Position numbers and translations under genes: made by a program. A DNA stretch of 64,000 nucleotides from Oopsacas minuta. Taxonomy: Eukaryota > Animalia > Porifera. The stretch is from NCBI GenBank assembly GCA_024704765.1, contig JAKMXF010000310.1, positions 62,001-126,000 on the forward strand, written 5' to 3'. Each line of letters starts with the position of its first letter. The first letter of the stretch is position 1. Below the pieces are notes generated by a model that made no database searches, was not told the origin of the DNA, and was given only the letters and a program-made list of their open reading frames with translations. Positions 1 to 13,416 of this stretch are shown one piece after another.

Positions 1-3000
1 TCGCGAATACTATACTGAACATTAAGTTAAGCCGGGTATCAGGCTGAATAGCCATTATATGGAAGGCGAATATACTAACAGCTGAGAAGAACACAGCTGT
101 TACTATACTACGTAGCAGAGCATACGCACCTGCTATAAGAGATACAACAGCTGTACCACCGAACACATACATGTCTATCTTCTCAGAGAAATATATCAGG
201 AAAGTATCAACCTGAGGCAGTAGGCCCCATACAGCAGCAGCAGGTAGACACAGGAGAGATACCAGGAGAGAATCTCTAATGAATAGAGTAAGAGAAGGAT
301 TTAGCCAATTGAATCCATATACAATTAGAGTACTGTTTGTTTGTACCGTTAGAATAGCATTGACTATTAGAGCTACAACTGAGAGAGATGAGAAATAGAA
401 TGCTTTAGCCATTGCTAAATACTTGTTATATCCGTGTACTGATGAGGCTGGGTCTGGTACTATAGTACGTAGCAGAGAGAACTGACAAGACGCCATTATA
501 ACACAGAACCATACTACAAACACATGATGGTAGTAATCTATTCTGAGTACAGCTATACCAGTAGCAGATACTGCTACTGAGAGGATTATATAGTATAGCA
601 CGAATATGAGAGATTGATCTCTGTCGAAGTATTTCTCAAGCTGGGTACGTGTTAACCGCATAGGAATGTATAGTCTAGGTAGAATATAGAATCTGTTTAA
701 ATCAGCTCGGTTACTAGCTAGTCTCCTACGAGCAGCTGGAGGTCCGCTAATCTCTATCTCTGAGGTTTCTATTCGTCTAGCAGGACTAGCTGAGGAGCTG
801 TCATGTACAGGCTCCCAGCGCATAGAGGAAGAGCTGGAGTTGGTACTCGTGTCATCACGAGTCCTGTAACTACTAGAACGGGTTGGTCTCCTAGGAACAC
901 GGGGTGGTACTACGTCTACAATGATCCTCTTCTCAGATATCTGTCCCGGTTGATTCCCAAACTTGTAAGCAACAAGTATACTATCAACTACATCTCTGTA
1001 GAAGTGTGTAGCTCCAGGAGTTGCGTCGTCCTGGTTTACTGCGACATGACCACCTTCCTGAAATGAGAAATCTATGAATTTAGCCATCTCCTCGTGTGAC
1101 ATGTGGTTAAGTAGGTCTCTACCTCCATCCTCTAAGTTACTAGCACCTTCACATATTGACACAGCTTGCTCTATTTCAGGAGTTGTAAGTTCAAAATCTA
1201 ACAGAGAGTTTGAAATCTCTGCACCTCCCTCTGTGCTATGCGGCTTTTCACGGATGTGAACTCTTAAGGGGTCTTCTAGATCTTTAGCTAATCCTATTGT
1301 ATCTAAACAGAAATAAAATATTTATCATAAAATTCCTTTGTAATGAACTGGTAACTATAGAATATTCTCCTTGCATTTGTAACTATAAAATATTCTCAGA
1401 GCATTTCCTTTTGACTTAAGTTTGCTTAATTAGTAAAGAACTAAAAACTGTGGAATACACAAGATCTATAAGCGACCCTATAGGTGTAACTAAGGAAATT
1501 TTGGGTGGGCACATGCCCACCTTGGAATTCAAATGCCAAGCCAGATTTGACTCCACCGTAATACAAAGAGTATAGGGCGGGTGAACATGACGTCATCTTT
1601 GCCCACCCTAACACATGAGCCTAGTTGTGTCAATGAGCGACCAGGGTCACGGAGTGACCCTGACTGTAATGTGAGTGAGAAAAATCCAATAAATTGACTT
1701 GGGCTAATTGGCGGAGGCTGTATAATATACAAACAAACCATTAGCAGTATCGTGAAGTAGAGACTCAATATTATCTTTTATCTTAGATAAATCAACTGTA
1801 AAAGAACTCTGATCCAACTGCATCTCACTGAATGTATTGAGTGATTTCGTAGTAGGCATAGAAGCGCTGGGTACATGCATCTCTTCTTGTGACCCACTGT
1901 CTGTTAGTTCCCGCTGAGACTGAGACCGGGAGATCTTTTCTCTGAAGGGAGGAGGCATTTTGTAAGGAGACTCTGTAGCCATGAGCATTCTGAAAGGATT
2001 GGGAGGAGTAGAGGTGGAAGGGGAGCTAGGTTCTTCTAATTCAGAATATTTGGCTCCTGGGGGAGGGAGTTTGACAGGGGTCATGAATTTGTCGTCTGCA
2101 CTCTCGCCTACTGGATCATAAGGGGTTACAAAATCAGATGAATCTTGTCTATTCTCTGTATCGAATGGACCATTAATATCCCAGTTCTTAGGATCACTAG
2201 GCTCTGAGAAGATTGTAAGTTCTATGGAGGGACTCTGTCTGCCTGGGTTTTGTAGACTGGGTGTAGTGGATTTTAGTCTAATACTACTGAGTTCTGAATC
2301 ACTACCTAGATGCTCAGGTAACAGTCTGCCCATCTGTGGTCTGTGTGTGTCATCTGAGGGTTCTGTGTCTGGTACAGTATCATCCTCACTGAACACAGTC
2401 TGCATAGGAATTATAATTAAGCATTATTGCAGTCAACTCCTGTGATATCGTAATACCCACTTATGTATATCGAATTCTGAAAATTGCAAAAATATGGTAC
2501 CGAACCGGAACCGTCAAAGTAACATAATTTTATTGGTTATATCGACTCCGCTTATATTAGGGTGACCAGCATGTTTAGGTATAAATCCTGTACATTTGAG
2601 CATTTTCACCAGAAATTTCCTGGACTTTCCTGTACTCAATTTCAAAATCCTAGACAAGATCTTTGATATTAATATTATTTGACTAATTACACTGGACAAC
2701 ATTTTACAACTTATTTTTTATTCCTTGCTCGTTTCAAGTTTACCTAGACTAATATGGCCATGCTGAATCCAAATCTGGCCTTAGATTTTTTCTAACACGT
2801 CACGTTTTTGAGATATGACATATGCACACAACAACCCGTAATAGTCATTTTGGCTAATTTTGGCTGTGCAGAACAAAACATTACATGTAATAAACACAGT
2901 AATTGCTAGTGAAAATAACAGAATTATCATTTTGCACAATTTAACACAACCCAGGATGATTAAACCAGACAAAAATAACATTGTATCCTCTCAAAAGTGC

Positions 3001-4688
3001 TTTATACACTTGCTCTTTCGAGCATGTTCAGTGTCAGTTTCACGCTGGAGAAACCAGCAGTAGTCCCCCATCATGTTTGGGTTAAATCGACCTCTATACC
3101 GCGATTCCATCACGGTATAGAGTTCGAAAATCCAGCAATATTTGTTGTGCAAAAATAACAATCTGACGTATGGTTTTTAGGTTCTCGCCAAATCATAGGT
3201 ACCGCAAATGGCATGGATTTCTTCTTTCCATTAAGCCATTGGATTAGACTGGCATAGCAGACGGTACAGCAGATGTGAGGTGCCCAGTTCTTGTCTTGGT
3301 CACCAACTTTGCAACCAAAGTAATACTTGTAGCCAATCTTGACACGATTGGCAATATTTCTTCGCTGGGGCTTCGGCGCAAATTTTCCACAAATATAGCA
3401 GAAGTTATCTGGGTGGTTCGTGCATTGTCTTCTGCTCGTATTCATTGTAAACAAAAAGCTTAAATACACAATCAGTTACAAACTAAAAATTCTGCAAAAC
3501 AGTAATATTGTTGGTTTATCGATACAGTCTACAATCCACCCGCAGGTAGGCTAAATAACCCCTCCTTATAGCCATGGCCAAGAACACTCAAGAATGCATT
3601 AATTGTCAAAAGATAGAACATTACATTTACAAAATAATATTAATATTAACCGTACATAATATGCATTGTTGACCAACAATTCGCTGGGAAAGAAAATTGT
3701 ACAATAGGCCTAACTTGTACTGTATAGTACCTTATAATATAGTGCCAATCAATGCAAAATCCGAATTTCGTGAATTTTCATATCTTGAAATCCTGACGTG
3801 ATAGACCAATTCTGATTTCAGATTTGGAATCAACATCCCAAAGTTAGTCTAGGTAATATATTTTCATTTGAGGAATAAATTTGATGTTGCCCAGTGTTAT
3901 GTATATAACTATAAATGACTGTTGAATTTGTAATAGAAATAGCTTGAAACCTCATTTAACATGGTTACCGCTGGTATTGATAGCCAGTTTAAGAATATTA
4001 ATATCATTCTATTCAAATTAGTAATCTCGAGAATCCTGTACATTTGTATTAAAATCCTGAACAATGGTCACCCTAGCTTATATAGAGGTATTTTCGCAGT
4101 CCCTTGAGCTCCCATTGAACGGGAGTTGACTGTAAATCAATTATTTAAGAATTTGATTAAAACAAGAGGACAATAATTCCTCGTGATATTACTATTTGAG
4201 TAATTTCCGTCGACAAATACTGTTCACGATAATATATATATTGTGTTAATTATTCTAACCTCTCTCCTGTTATCCTCAACGTCTGCTCCCTGCTGACTAA
4301 CACCTGTCAGTTTGTTCTTAGCTTCCTGCTCTCTCTTCAATCTATTCAACTGGTTCTGTTTCTTCTGTTTATGTGCATCTTCTCTATCAAATATCCTATG
4401 TAGTCTGAAGTTAGTAACCTTTAACCCAGTAAAGAATGTACCTACTATTACAGCGTATAGAGTCCAATAAGCAGCTGATGCAGTAGACTCAGGCTGAAAG
4501 AAGAATAGCAAGTAGTATAGAGAGAGAGGAGATAGGAATAAACACATCCATATTAGAGATAGTGTTAGATTAGGATATACACCGTCTTTATATCTGATTA
4601 GATATCCACCTGTCAGGGCAGATAAGGGTCCGTAGTACAGATGTCTGAAGAATCGCTTTGCACGGTTACGACACGACATGGAACACAT
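1..4688 (-). CDS. PCNX: Pecanex-like protein, 5' part; exons ~4260-4688, 1739-2399, <1-1302; runs off the left edge
   Basis: Exon 1 has the pecanex N-terminus (YGPLSALTGG...LIWMCLFLSP...LKVTNFRLHRIFD). Manual minus-strand translation of 1-1302 gives DDATPGATHFYRD, QLEKYFDRD, SCQFSLLRTIVPDPASSVHGYN and GLLPQVDTFLIYFSEKIDMYVFGG. GT-AG sites keep the frame. Confidence 0.9.
2558..4075. mobile_element. Non-autonomous hAT (Blackjack-like) element
   Basis: TIR TAGGGTGACCA...TGGTCACCCTA with a perfect 8-bp TSD GCTTATAT (2550-2557 and 4076-4083). Confidence 0.85.
2690..3896 (-). mobile_element. Chapaev3-like (CMC) deletion derivative with an N-terminal transposase fragment (3110-3469)
   Basis: TIR CACTGG(A/G)CAACAT, 3-bp TTA TSD on both sides. 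The ORF has the Cys-rich motifs FCYICG, YFGCKVGDQDKNWAPHICC and MPFAVPMIWREPKNH...CYFC. Confidence 0.8.
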
Positions 4689-4763
4689 CCTATAGCTAAT
4701 TAACTACTTTACAAAACTAATATTATGTAAGTAACTGTGGTAATTATTAAATATAAATAAATA

Positions 4764-4908
4764 CACTAAACTCCAGTTAGATCGAAGCTCAATTGACTGC
4801 GATAAATACTTCGGTATAACTGATAATATTCGCTTACTCATACCGAATACGTATATTGAACTATTCGGTTGCTTCGTTATAAGTGAGTATTTCGGTTGGA
4901 GTTGACTG
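4764..4908. mobile_element. pogo-like MITE (same terminal family as 2430-4132)
   Basis: Left TA|CACTAAACTCC (degenerate), right GGAGTTGACTG|TA. Confidence 0.5.
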
Positions 4909-4990
4909 TATTACGTATTTGTAAACAGATATGCAGATACTTTGATGAAATTAACCAATTTAATAGCCAGATCAATATTTAATAAGTGAG

Positions 4991-5596
4991 CTATGAAAAC
5001 CTCCAGAAATAGTCTAATGCAAGAGAGAATCCCGCTACCCCTGCACAGCCCCCTAGACCTGCCATGCCTCCAGCCCTGAGTCCAATTGCTCCCCCAGTTA
5101 AGCAGCCAGCCATTGCAGTATTCATCAAGTCAGTAGATGCCCTTTGATACTCTAGCATACACTCAATAGCCATAAACAACATGCCAAACGAACCGAAATT
5201 TCTACCGTATGAACCTGCTCGTGACTTCATAAATGAAAGGACGTCGCGTGTAGATTTCAGTTGCTTCGTGCCAAGGAGATCAGCCCCGCTTATTGAAGGG
5301 TCCATTCCAGCAGTGAGAAGACCGAATGCAACTCCCAGACCCCACCCAGCTACACCGCTGACTAGTGCTTTGGTAGCACAGCTGTCCATGGCAGATTCTA
5401 TCCATTTCACTTCTATAGACTTATTCTGTATCAGGTTACCTAGTCCGAGAGGGTTTGTGTAAGTGAGGGAGGGAGCGATATCTTGTATATGCTTCATTGC
5501 AGAAACGGGGTCAAAAGGTCGAAGGATAGAACCAGGAACAGCTGCAGTGTGTGAATTAGTATCGCTATTAGCAGTCTTAGTCACATCAGATGACAT
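4991..5596 (-). CDS. TIMM22: Mitochondrial inner-membrane translocase subunit Tim22
   Basis: Tim17/22/23-family pattern: AMDSCATKALVSGVAGWGLGVAFGL, YGRNFGSFGMLFMAIECMLEYQRA, AGCLTGGAIGLRAG. Single exon. Confidence 0.9.
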   Translation of the reverse strand: MSSDVTKTANSDTNSHTAAVPGSILRPFDPVSAMKHIQDIAPSLTYTNPLGLGNLIQNKSIEVKWIESAMDSCATKALVSGVAGWGLGVAFGLLTAGMDPSISGADLLGTKQLKSTRDVLSFMKSRAGSYGRNFGSFGMLFMAIECMLEYQRASTDLMNTAMAGCLTGGAIGLRAGGMAGLGGCAGVAGFSLALDYFWRFS

Positions 5597-6244
5597 CTTA
5601 AATTAGGTTATATAATATATACCATAGGTAATGTAGGATTGAGGACTACTATACCACATTACTTACTGCAAAATTAGAACATTTACAGTCCATATAAGAA
5701 TTGCGTCCAGTAAATTACAGTATTACAGTAATGAATAACGAAATAAATACTATTGCGCCTTTATGTTTAGTATATATCCTATTACTCGCTATTAGACATC
5801 TATTTCATTCCAAAAACTAGCTAAGCAAATCTCAAAGATAGATTTATACAAAAGTTGGTACTAATGTATACTTCTGTTGTGCATATGTTCGTCCCTTTAC
5901 TCACTTGAATATCACACAAATAGAATAGAAGCAATTTCATACGAATTGATAGAATAAAGTAATATATTATCTGTGTATATGTATGAAGGATGAAAATAGA
6001 ATAAATACAAAGACAACACAACACAACATAACAATCAAACATAACAGATAAGAACTTCCACTCAGAGAACATGCAATGATTAATTCTTGTCAGCTCTAAA
6101 TGCGGACTCTCAATTCCATTCACAATTACAAACTTAGTATAAATAGACAAATTACAATTATTAGTACAAAAGTATTAATCAGCTGTGAGTAGACAATGAC
6201 AGGTTATAAACCGTTGTTAGACAGGGGAGCCGCACAAGGACAGA

Positions 6245-6811
6245 TCATACCATATCGTCTGTATCAGCCTCAGGTGGGGGAGAGGAGACTAGCGTAGAGA
6301 TAGCAGGAGGGGAAGCAGGGGTCTCCATCGTGACTGTGTGAGGAGCTCGTTCTTGGAACTGCATATGTGCTGGCATGTGGTGACGCGTGAGAGGATTAGC
6401 AGGAGGGTTGGTTGCCATGGGAGAGATGTCTCGGTGTGGTTCTGATGAATGTGTAGTTACTGTGAGTCCTGGAGCAGATACAAGATTAGATTTCTTAGGA
6501 GAGGTAATGGGGATAGGTACCTTTTGAGATGTCTTCCTTACGGGTATCTTATCGACAGTAGCGACCTCAGTTCCTACATCTAGAAGGGAGGGTGGTTGTG
6601 AGTGCATACCCGGGATCTTTTTCTTCTTCATGACGTAATCACCTGAATCGAAATACTGCTTGCCTCCCTGACTAGATACTTTACGTCTCAGGAGATCTTT
6701 ATTAGATAGCAGAGTATTGGGGTATTTTGATTTGAATTCTGCTTCAGCCTGGCCATTAGCTCCCTGTCCTATCAGCTGGGGTTTTTGTATAAATTTGCCT
6801 TGCACTGACAT
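6245..6811 (-). CDS. ENSA: Endosulfine/ARPP19-family PP2A inhibitor with a Pro/Ser/Thr-rich C-terminal extension
   Basis: Greatwall phosphorylation motif QYFDSGDY, upstream EFKSKYP and downstream PKA-type site PVRKTS. Confidence 0.85.
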   Translation of the reverse strand: MSVQGKFIQKPQLIGQGANGQAEAEFKSKYPNTLLSNKDLLRRKVSSQGGKQYFDSGDYVMKKKKIPGMHSQPPSLLDVGTEVATVDKIPVRKTSQKVPIPITSPKKSNLVSAPGLTVTTHSSEPHRDISPMATNPPANPLTRHHMPAHMQFQERAPHTVTMETPASPPAISTLVSSPPPEADTDDMV

Positions 6812-7544
6812 TTCAAACAGAATACTATTCTTTATATAAACTCGTTGTAAATGAATATTATCTAACTAGCTAGAACAGGTTTATAATTATGTGAATATTA
6901 ATATTTGGGTACTAAGGGTATAACGATTCTACTTATGATTCATGCATACACATATTATCGGAAATATATCACGAGATAAATAGCTCTCTACAAGTAGTAA
7001 TGGTATTCCAATACTCGTACATTTATTAGAGAAATCATTTCCAGAGTATGTACTTATTTGCAAATCAAGAATGAACATCATTCAAGTCTAATAGCAGAAT
7101 AGAAACACTCTTTTATATGTTGAATGTCTAAAAATCAATCGAAGCTACAGGCGTTTACTAATAATAAGGACGATAGTAACAATTACGATACATTAGTAGT
7201 ACAGCAAATTAATCATACTTGTCAACTTCCTGTTTTGGCGGACGGCTCACTTTTTGTGAAATACTCATATTATGTGGCTTATGTATATGTATATGTAGTA
7301 ATTGTTGTATCACTTCTTAGTTCGTACTTCAGAGTCTGTCGCGGCCGATAGACTAATTTGTCTAGTCTCGTTAATAAGCCCAATTTCCCGCTAAAATACA
7401 AGCGTCTATACGCTATTTGCTCTACTCTCATTGCACTCATATTTTTCTAACATAATTGATCTCAAGCAACCAGTGTTTTATCTATCCACCCCTCAGAGGG
7501 ATAAGCCCCCTTAAAATGAATTATAAAAGAAAACACTCTTGGAC

Positions 7545-8929
7545 CAGGCTTGCCGTGGATGAGAAAATCCCATCCATATCCATATCCATATCCATGTCAT
7601 TTTTGCGTGGATATCCATGAATACTTCAAAGACCTAGAACATCTTGTCTATAATGGCCATTCAAGGCTAGTAGTGACTATTATGTACAGGTAACCGCTAT
7701 GTACACTGCCTGGTCAAAAGTATTGGAACACTGTTTACAACTTGTGCACAAGTGGCATTAGATGAGAATATGTTGAAAGATTCTATGGATATTGCAGAAA
7801 GTAGAACAATAGCTTGTTATCATTCGTTTTACGATATATTAATGTTCAACAGTTTTTGAAATCATCTTTAGCTTATACAACTATGGTAGCATACCCTTTG
7901 TTTCAGGTATTAATTGTGGCAGGGTGTTCCAATACTTTTGGCCAGGCAGTGTAGATGTAGATTACTAATGAGAATCTATTCATATACTAAACGTTATATA
8001 CTGAAGCTCTAGATATTATGTAAACTGTCATTCATAAACTCTTCGATATCACTATCGTCTTCAAATGACAGGGACATGGGCTCATTGTTGATGACCATCG
8101 CAACTTCCTTTGGTTCGATTACAATTCCCAGCTTCTTGATTATTGTGATATACATTTTCTGGTATCTGATGTATACTAATTTCTTCATGACCGCCGGTGA
8201 CATTCTCTTTCTCATTTTTGGAAGTAGGTTGCCGGCCTGGCTGAACAACCTCTCCACGGCTGCAGAAGATATTGGTGCCGAGAAAATTATCTTTGCACAG
8301 GTGCGCAGACGTGTTAAGACACTGTACCGCCAAAACTGAGTTGGATCTTTCATTGGTACCCGGGTGTCTCTGAATTCTTGGAGCTCTATACCAAGAGTAG
8401 TAGCCTTTTGCCTTTTGGCTAGCAACACCAGAATTCACGAGTGAAAGGATGAATAGCAGTAGCAATAATTGCATCATAATTGCACAGTAATTGGTTACCT
8501 TTCACTAACATAGATCTTGAAAGAATTCAAAACTTTACATGAAATCTGGCACTATTCGTGACACAACAATTGCTGACATTACAATAATTGGCTACCTACA
8601 CGACTTCACCGATCTTACCGATAATAACTAATTTTCCATCATAATCGATTCTCAATTGGGAAATCAAATAACTTCATAATTTGATATTCATACGGTATGA
8701 AATAATAATCGTGTGGTGCTGGTTAGTTACATGTAATACACCAGCTTAGCTGATGGGGCTAATTGATGGGGCCGACAAAATTTAGATGGGGCGCTAGCCC
8801 CATCTAACCCCATGCTAGAGCCGCCACTGAACAACACCAGTAAGTGTACTTAGTAATATTGTTAATTTAATTATAACAGCATCCCTATTATTGAATATCC
8901 TATGGATATCCATATCCACGGCAAGCCTG
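7545..8929 (-). mobile_element. hAT deletion derivative retaining the C-terminal dimerization domain (8009-8428)
   Basis: TIR CAGGCTTGCCGTGGAT...ATCCACGGCAAGCCTG, subterminal CATATC repeats, and flanking direct repeat CTCTTGGAC (9 bp). The ORF has FW...AKIIFSAPISSAAVERLFSQAG...RKRMSP. Confidence 0.85.
7704..7951. mobile_element. Tc1-type MITE nested in the hAT element
   Basis: ~28-bp TIR CACTGCCTGG(T/C)CAAAAGTATTGGAACAC with TA on both sides. Confidence 0.85.
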
Positions 8930-9309
8930 CTCTTGGACAATTCAGTATTTTTCTAAAATCATTTCCTCTAATGTCATAATGCTTATGGTTATACTGAACA
9001 GGGAAATATGATAAAATATATATAAGGAAAGACTTGATAGATATACGTATGTACATAAGTAGTTAGATAGAGAAAAAAACAAATGAAAAAATCAGAATAG
9101 AAAATATAATTTCTATTTTGGATTAAAGCAAATCAAGTAACTCAAATTCGTATTTCTATAAATACGCTGGGCCATTCAAAATACTAATAATGTAAAAAGT
9201 ATATACAAATAGAAATATGAACATTTAATAAGTGATATCGGTTGATCTAATATTAACATTTAACAAGACAAATTTGAAAGGGTACAAACCTTATCGACGA
9301 TATAAAAAA

Positions 9310-12042
9310 TCAAGAATCTGCTATCACTTTTTTGATAGCTTCAAAGCATCTCAGCCTGTCTGGCATATAAACAGGCTCTTGTATGTGAGGGAATGGAGTA
9401 TCCCAGCCGCATACCCTCTGTATAGGAGCTTCAAGAGATAAGAAGCAGGCCTCTTGCACTGTACTAGCTATTTCACCAGCAAATCCACCTGTCAACGGGG
9501 CTTCATGCGATATTATTAACCTGCCAGTACTGCGTACAGATTTGAAAATAGTCTCAGTATCCCATGGGAGAATTGTTTGTAAGTCTATCACTTCACATTC
9601 TACGTCTAAATGAATAATATGAGTTGGTGAATAAACCAATACATATATATACACTAGAATATTTAATTAATGCTAATGGAATGGAGGGAATGTGAACTTT
9701 GTATTAAGCCGGAGTTACCAGGTTATAAATCTATAAAAATGTATTAATTCTAAAGGAAAGGTCTGAAAGAAGAACGTAATTCAGTGAAAGTTCAATAATA
9801 AATTGTGAGTATTCTTGGTATTCAATCGTCATCAGTTTACGTGATGCTGTGTTAATCCCATCTGTATGTGTACTACTGAACTTGTAGTTCATTGGCAGCT
9901 GGCTAAATTAGAAACGAACACATTTATCGAATTATCATTGGGATAAAATAATCGATGCTATTGTAAATTATATTTGTGTTACCTAGCAATATAACAATAA
10001 ACCTCAATGCTGTCTTAATTCATCCCACATTTCTCAACAATCTCATTACGAAAAATACTATATATTCAACTCCCGTTATACCGAAACTCGATGGACCGCG
10101 ATAGTTACTTTCATATAAGCGATGAAATGTATTACTTTGACGGTTTGTGATTATATTTGTACAATTTCAGACTTCGATATGACGGGAGCCGACTGTAGAA
10201 AGAGAATGGGAAGTCTGACATTTCGTTTGCATGGCATTCCACTAATCCATGGTTAGCCCCCAAAGAACTAGATGAGTGCCTCTAAATGACCTGATTTAAC
10301 ATATGTATTGAACGAAATGTCCGTTTCCCTAATGTAAACCTGTACCTAATTGGTCTCTGGCCATATCAGCTGCATCTAACATAGTGTGTAACTGACGTCC
10401 CCATGCTACTAGCGTAACATCCCTCCCCTGCCTCACCACCTCAGCTTCTCCGAGAGGAATCCTCCAGTCCCCGATCGGTATCATGTCTGTTGCTGCTCTA
10501 TATAGACGTTTAGGTTCAAAGAAGAAAACAGGATTATCATCAGCGAAACTAGACAGTAGTAATCCTTTAGCTTGAAGGGGACCACGTGGGATAACTACCT
10601 AACATATAAAGTGTATTTATATTATGTATAGTAAGTAATAGTATTCAGTATTCACTCGGTTATGTGAACAACTTTATCTTTGAATTTCAAGTTTATTGTT
10701 CGGAAAAGTGAATTTTTCGCTGAACAGAAATACTGTATTTGATATATGAAAATGTGGACTTAAAATTTCGAATATTTGACTACATTTGTATGCCAGTGAG
10801 CTAACATACGTAACTACATGATCCGTAAAACTATTACTAATTTGAACAATTACACAAACGAAATATGCATCATGCAAGGTGTCGGATAATCGAGGGTCTA
10901 TTGTAGTTAGTTAATCCCTACCTTGAGGCCTGCTGTATGAGCGAAGTAAGCCTCAGGGCTCTGAGAGTGGTAATGAGCGCCATGACCAACAGCCCCGTAT
11001 GGAGCACGTACTACTAGCTTACCACAGTCAAATTGACCTCCAGAGCGATATCTGAACTTAGAAGCCTCATTCACGATCTGATCAAATCCTGGAAATATGT
11101 AATCAGCGAATTGTATCTCTGCCATAGCAGTGCTCCCTCCAGCTGCTACTCCTATACCAAATGCTATTATACCCTGCTCACTGAGAGGAGTGTTAAATAC
11201 GCGATCTTTCCCATACTTGTCTCTCAGCCCTAGAGTACATCTACAAACATGTTATACAAATACATTACTAGTAGTAATTTCTAGGGATGTTCGGGCTCAA
11301 TCCAGATCACGTTCTAACCAACAGGTTGATAACCAGAGGTACTGGCAAACAATTCATTATGTTTCGACGAAGATAGAGACTTTGGGTCTGTCACGAAAAT
11401 TTTGTGAAATTCCTGGAAAAAGGTCCTAACCGTGGATAGAATTCCATTTCTTTTGGTCTTGAAATTAATCACAAAGCGAACAAGCAAAACTATTGTATAC
11501 CACATGATATAGTTAATCATAACATATAGTTGTCAAGTCTCACGGATTTCCACCAAGTCTCGCTTTAACATTTACATTTTCATTTTAAAATTCTTTAAAA
11601 CTTAATAGTATAACCGTAAAATGAACATGAAATGAATGGTGATAGGTCATTATTGCAGGTAAAAATCGTATTAGTTTTCCACATTTTTCAGATTTTTCAA
11701 AATAATCAATACTAACGATAATCTTTACCTATCTCACGGATAGAAAATTTCAAAAGTTGACAACTATGTATTAAGTAATTGTAACTACCTAAACACGCCA
11801 CCAAATGCGACATCCTCTCCAAACACTATCATGCTGGGATCACGTTCCATCGCTATATCCATAGTGTGACTGAGGGATTGTACTAGATTCATCTCTTTAG
11901 TCTCTCCAGCATCTTTTGGGGGAACACTCTTATGGAAATTCAGATCTGTACTAGCTGAGCAGATTTGAATAATTAAGGGTCGTAACTGGTCAAGTTTGTA
12001 GAATTTAGACACGTACTTGAGAGAAGATGTCAGTCGCTGCAT
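9310..12042 (-). CDS. BCKDHB: Branched-chain alpha-keto acid dehydrogenase E1 beta; exons 11789-12042, 10922-11240, 10346-10598, 9310-9605 (~373 aa)
   Basis: [78 protein letters not shown] and [11 protein letters not shown]. The GT-AG junctions give a continuous frame. Confidence 0.93.
10063..10195. mobile_element. pogo-like MITE in BCKDHB intron 3
   Basis: TA|TATTCAACTCCC ... GGGAGCCGACTG|TA, degenerate copies of the CAGTCAACTCC terminus. Confidence 0.5.
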
Positions 12043-13206
12043 GTTTGATGCTAAGTCATATATATATATTATGAATAAATAATATGGACATAAATGGCCT
12101 TCCCTATAAATAAAATTGTAGTAATGGTGGATTTTCTTCACTATCCTTACTGTAGTTCAGAATTTTACCTTGTATTGGTGCCAATATTGCTCCTGGATGT
12201 TGCCCAGTGTTCTCATTACGTACCCCTCAGTTGTTTGTGTGTGTGTGTGTGTTTTGAAGTGATAAATTCTTATATTGTCATGAATCCAAGGCAAAGCCTG
12301 TACAGTAATAATAGTGAATTTTATCCATCAATCCTACAATTTATAAAATCCTTCTTAGCTATTTCGATCAAAATCCTTCTTAGTAACTAAATATCTCTTC
12401 CAAAGACACAGACCAACTTTTGGGAGGTAATCAGACTTGCTTTCGGGTAGGGGCCTATATCGCTGGATTGACCCTTATCGTTAGCGTTTTGGGGACCCTT
12501 GGAACCCGAAAGCGCTAGCGATAGAGGATCAATCCAGTTGACAAGCATCTGTTTCGGCTTTTCACGTTGGGGATAATCAATTTTATTAATGAGTTTACTT
12601 ATACAGCGTCCCTTGGAGTGAACACTCCTGCCGATCATCGGTAAATTTTACCTATGATATTTATTTATAGCAATGTGTATTAGTATTCTTACAGAAGTTT
12701 TAATCAGAGATTTTTTAGTCAATATATGTATATTCACTTCCTCCAATGACTGTTTTTCCATGATATTTGATTATAAGAATAGGCCCTGAATATCAAATTT
12801 GTATCAAATTTTCTCCAAAGAAACTCAATTCATCAAAGCGATAAATACGTGAATTTTGTCCAAATTCAGCACAAAAATTGATTATTCAAGAAATCTTTTT
12901 GTAGAATTCCCCACATATAGAGGTAAATTTCAACGGTGTGAGGCATATTTATTTCTAATTCCCTGTTCAGAGGTTCGTTTCTATGAAAATGCGTGAAGGT
13001 GACCTAAATTGACCCACTTATAGAGGTTCCACTATATATATGTTTGTATGTACAGAATTGATTGAAAAACTGGAAGACCCCTAGGGCTGATTTTAGCATA
13101 CAGGGGGTATATTGGGCCTGGCTCGGACAAGTTCGAGTCTTGGACGAAAATTCACACCTATGAGGAAAATATCACGTCATTGTCACCTTTTCTTTTGGAT
13201 AATAAA

Positions 13207-13366
13207 AAATTAAAATTTCGGCAAAAAACATCCTCGAGGCATGTAGTGCTGAGTATATCCGGTCGCATAGCGACCAAAAGCATCAAGTAGTTTCGCTGTT
13301 TGATACTTAAGCGAACCTGAGGCACTAAGCTGTCGCGCCAGCGACCTAGCAAGCGAAGCGCTAGTT
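13207..13366 (+). repeat. Dispersed repeat, possibly a rolling-circle (Helitron/Helentron-like) end; second copy at ~18622-18781
   Basis: Both copies share CCTCGAGGCATGTAGTGC...TATATCCGGTCG...GACCAAAAGCATCAAG...ACCTGAGG...CAAGCGAAGC. The first ends in CTAG after a GC-rich segment. Confidence 0.55.
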
Positions 13367-13416
13367 ATTAATATTTCTGACACAATCGAGATTAGATCAG
13401 CACGCATTCTACCGAT

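Larger units (their letters stand above)
2430..4132. mobile_element. pogo/Tc1-mariner-type MITE, outer shell of a nested insertion in pecanex intron 1
   Basis: Terminal inverted repeat (TIR) CAGTCAACTCC at 2430 and GGAGTTGACTG ending 4132 followed by TA; the left flank is TG (degenerate TSD). Related termini occur at 4764-4908 and 10063-10195. Confidence 0.6.

Noticed and set aside
803-1259. Plus-strand ORFs over pecanex, and similar antisense ORFs over TIM22, Transib, MAEL, GVIN1, the CAs and THUMPD3
   Set aside because: They are shadow ORFs opposite or overlapping well-supported genes and have no motifs of their own.
13110-13160. tRNA-like GTTCGA motif
   Set aside because: No cloverleaf or A-box could be built around it.
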